Below, piece after piece: positions 63,400 to 64,000 of a DNA stretch of 64,000 nucleotides. The translations under genes were made by a program, and so were the position numbers. The stretch comes from Eledone cirrhosa (lineage: Eukaryota), in the NCBI GenBank assembly GCA_964016885.1, contig OZ024745.1, positions 78,802,001 through 78,866,000 on the forward strand, in the 5' to 3' direction. Each line of letters opens with the position of its first letter. The stretch's first letter is position 1. The notes below the pieces were generated by a model. That model was not told the origin of the DNA, did not search any database, and saw nothing but the letters and a program-made list of their open reading frames with translations.

Positions 63400-64000
63400 T
63401 TATTTGCTATAGTCTACTGCAGTTGGCAATAGACTGGAAGCATCCCCAGTATAAGCTGGAGAGTTGTGACACTGCTAATAAAGGTGCTGAACAAGAGGGA
63501 TATGATAAAAATCTTCAAACCTGTAATTCTATAGAACACAGAGCTGAAGGTTTTGGCAAAAGTGCTGCCCAAGAGGTTAGGATTCATCAAGGATGTACAG
63601 ATATGTGCAATCTCTGTAGGATCTATCCATGATAACCTTCACCTTATGAGATACATCATAGACTGGGTCAGAAGTAGACCCAACTTTGGCAGGGCACTGG
63701 CCAATTTAGATCAGTCAATGGCATTTGACATAGTTGACCATCTCTACCTGGAGGCTGTCCTAAGAGCAGCTGGTTTTAGTTGTTTTCAGAAACTGGATTG
63801 CTGTTTTACAGCAGCATTTGTTCATTGGTCAATATAAACAGCCTCTTATTGGAATCCTTCCACACTGAACACTCTGTCCATTAGGGATGAATGATACCTC
63901 TACCCTTACCTCTATGTGTTGACCTTGGAGCCTCTGATGCAGAGAATAGAAATCTTGGAAGGAATTCCACTTATACTCAGTTGCAGGAAAGCCATATCTG
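63400..64000 (+). pseudogene. Decayed Tx1/L1-like RT fragment
   Basis: SIHDNLHLMRYIIDW...ALANLDQSMAFDIVDHLYLEAVLRAAGF is the LDQxKAFDxVxH motif. Confidence 0.7.

Overview
AT-rich, microsatellite-dense animal DNA. The (TA)n/(TG)n/(CATA)n load and tRNA-derived SINEs suggest an octopus or other cephalopod; this is inference. The only host gene is the 3' part of a RIG-I-like receptor (RLR) on the minus strand. It has five GT-AG exons that splice in frame (62765-62892, 56921-57050, 54104-54349, 32243-32410, 29772-30439) and encode Hel2i, Hel2, the pincer and the Zn-binding CTD. One 21.7-kb intron is mostly a ~20-kb array of a 41-bp minisatellite, interrupted by a rearranged Gypsy integrase fragment. 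The first ~26 kb is a stack of retroelements inserted in microsatellites: five Penelope-like elements (RT plus C-terminal GIY-YIG, Hydra-clade-like; one intact apart from a poly-C frameshift), R4/Dong-like fragments in (CATA)n, and a 2.7-kb tandem duplication. The main signal missing from the ORF track is RNA-level. About 17 type I hammerhead ribozyme (HHR) motifs in about 10 sequence families can be read by eye, many with enlarged stem II or variant cores. One is a ~420-nt non-coding, circularly permuted retrozyme-like element present at three loci, including a tandem dimer inside the RLR intron. All folds and alignments were done by eye; no activity is demonstrated.
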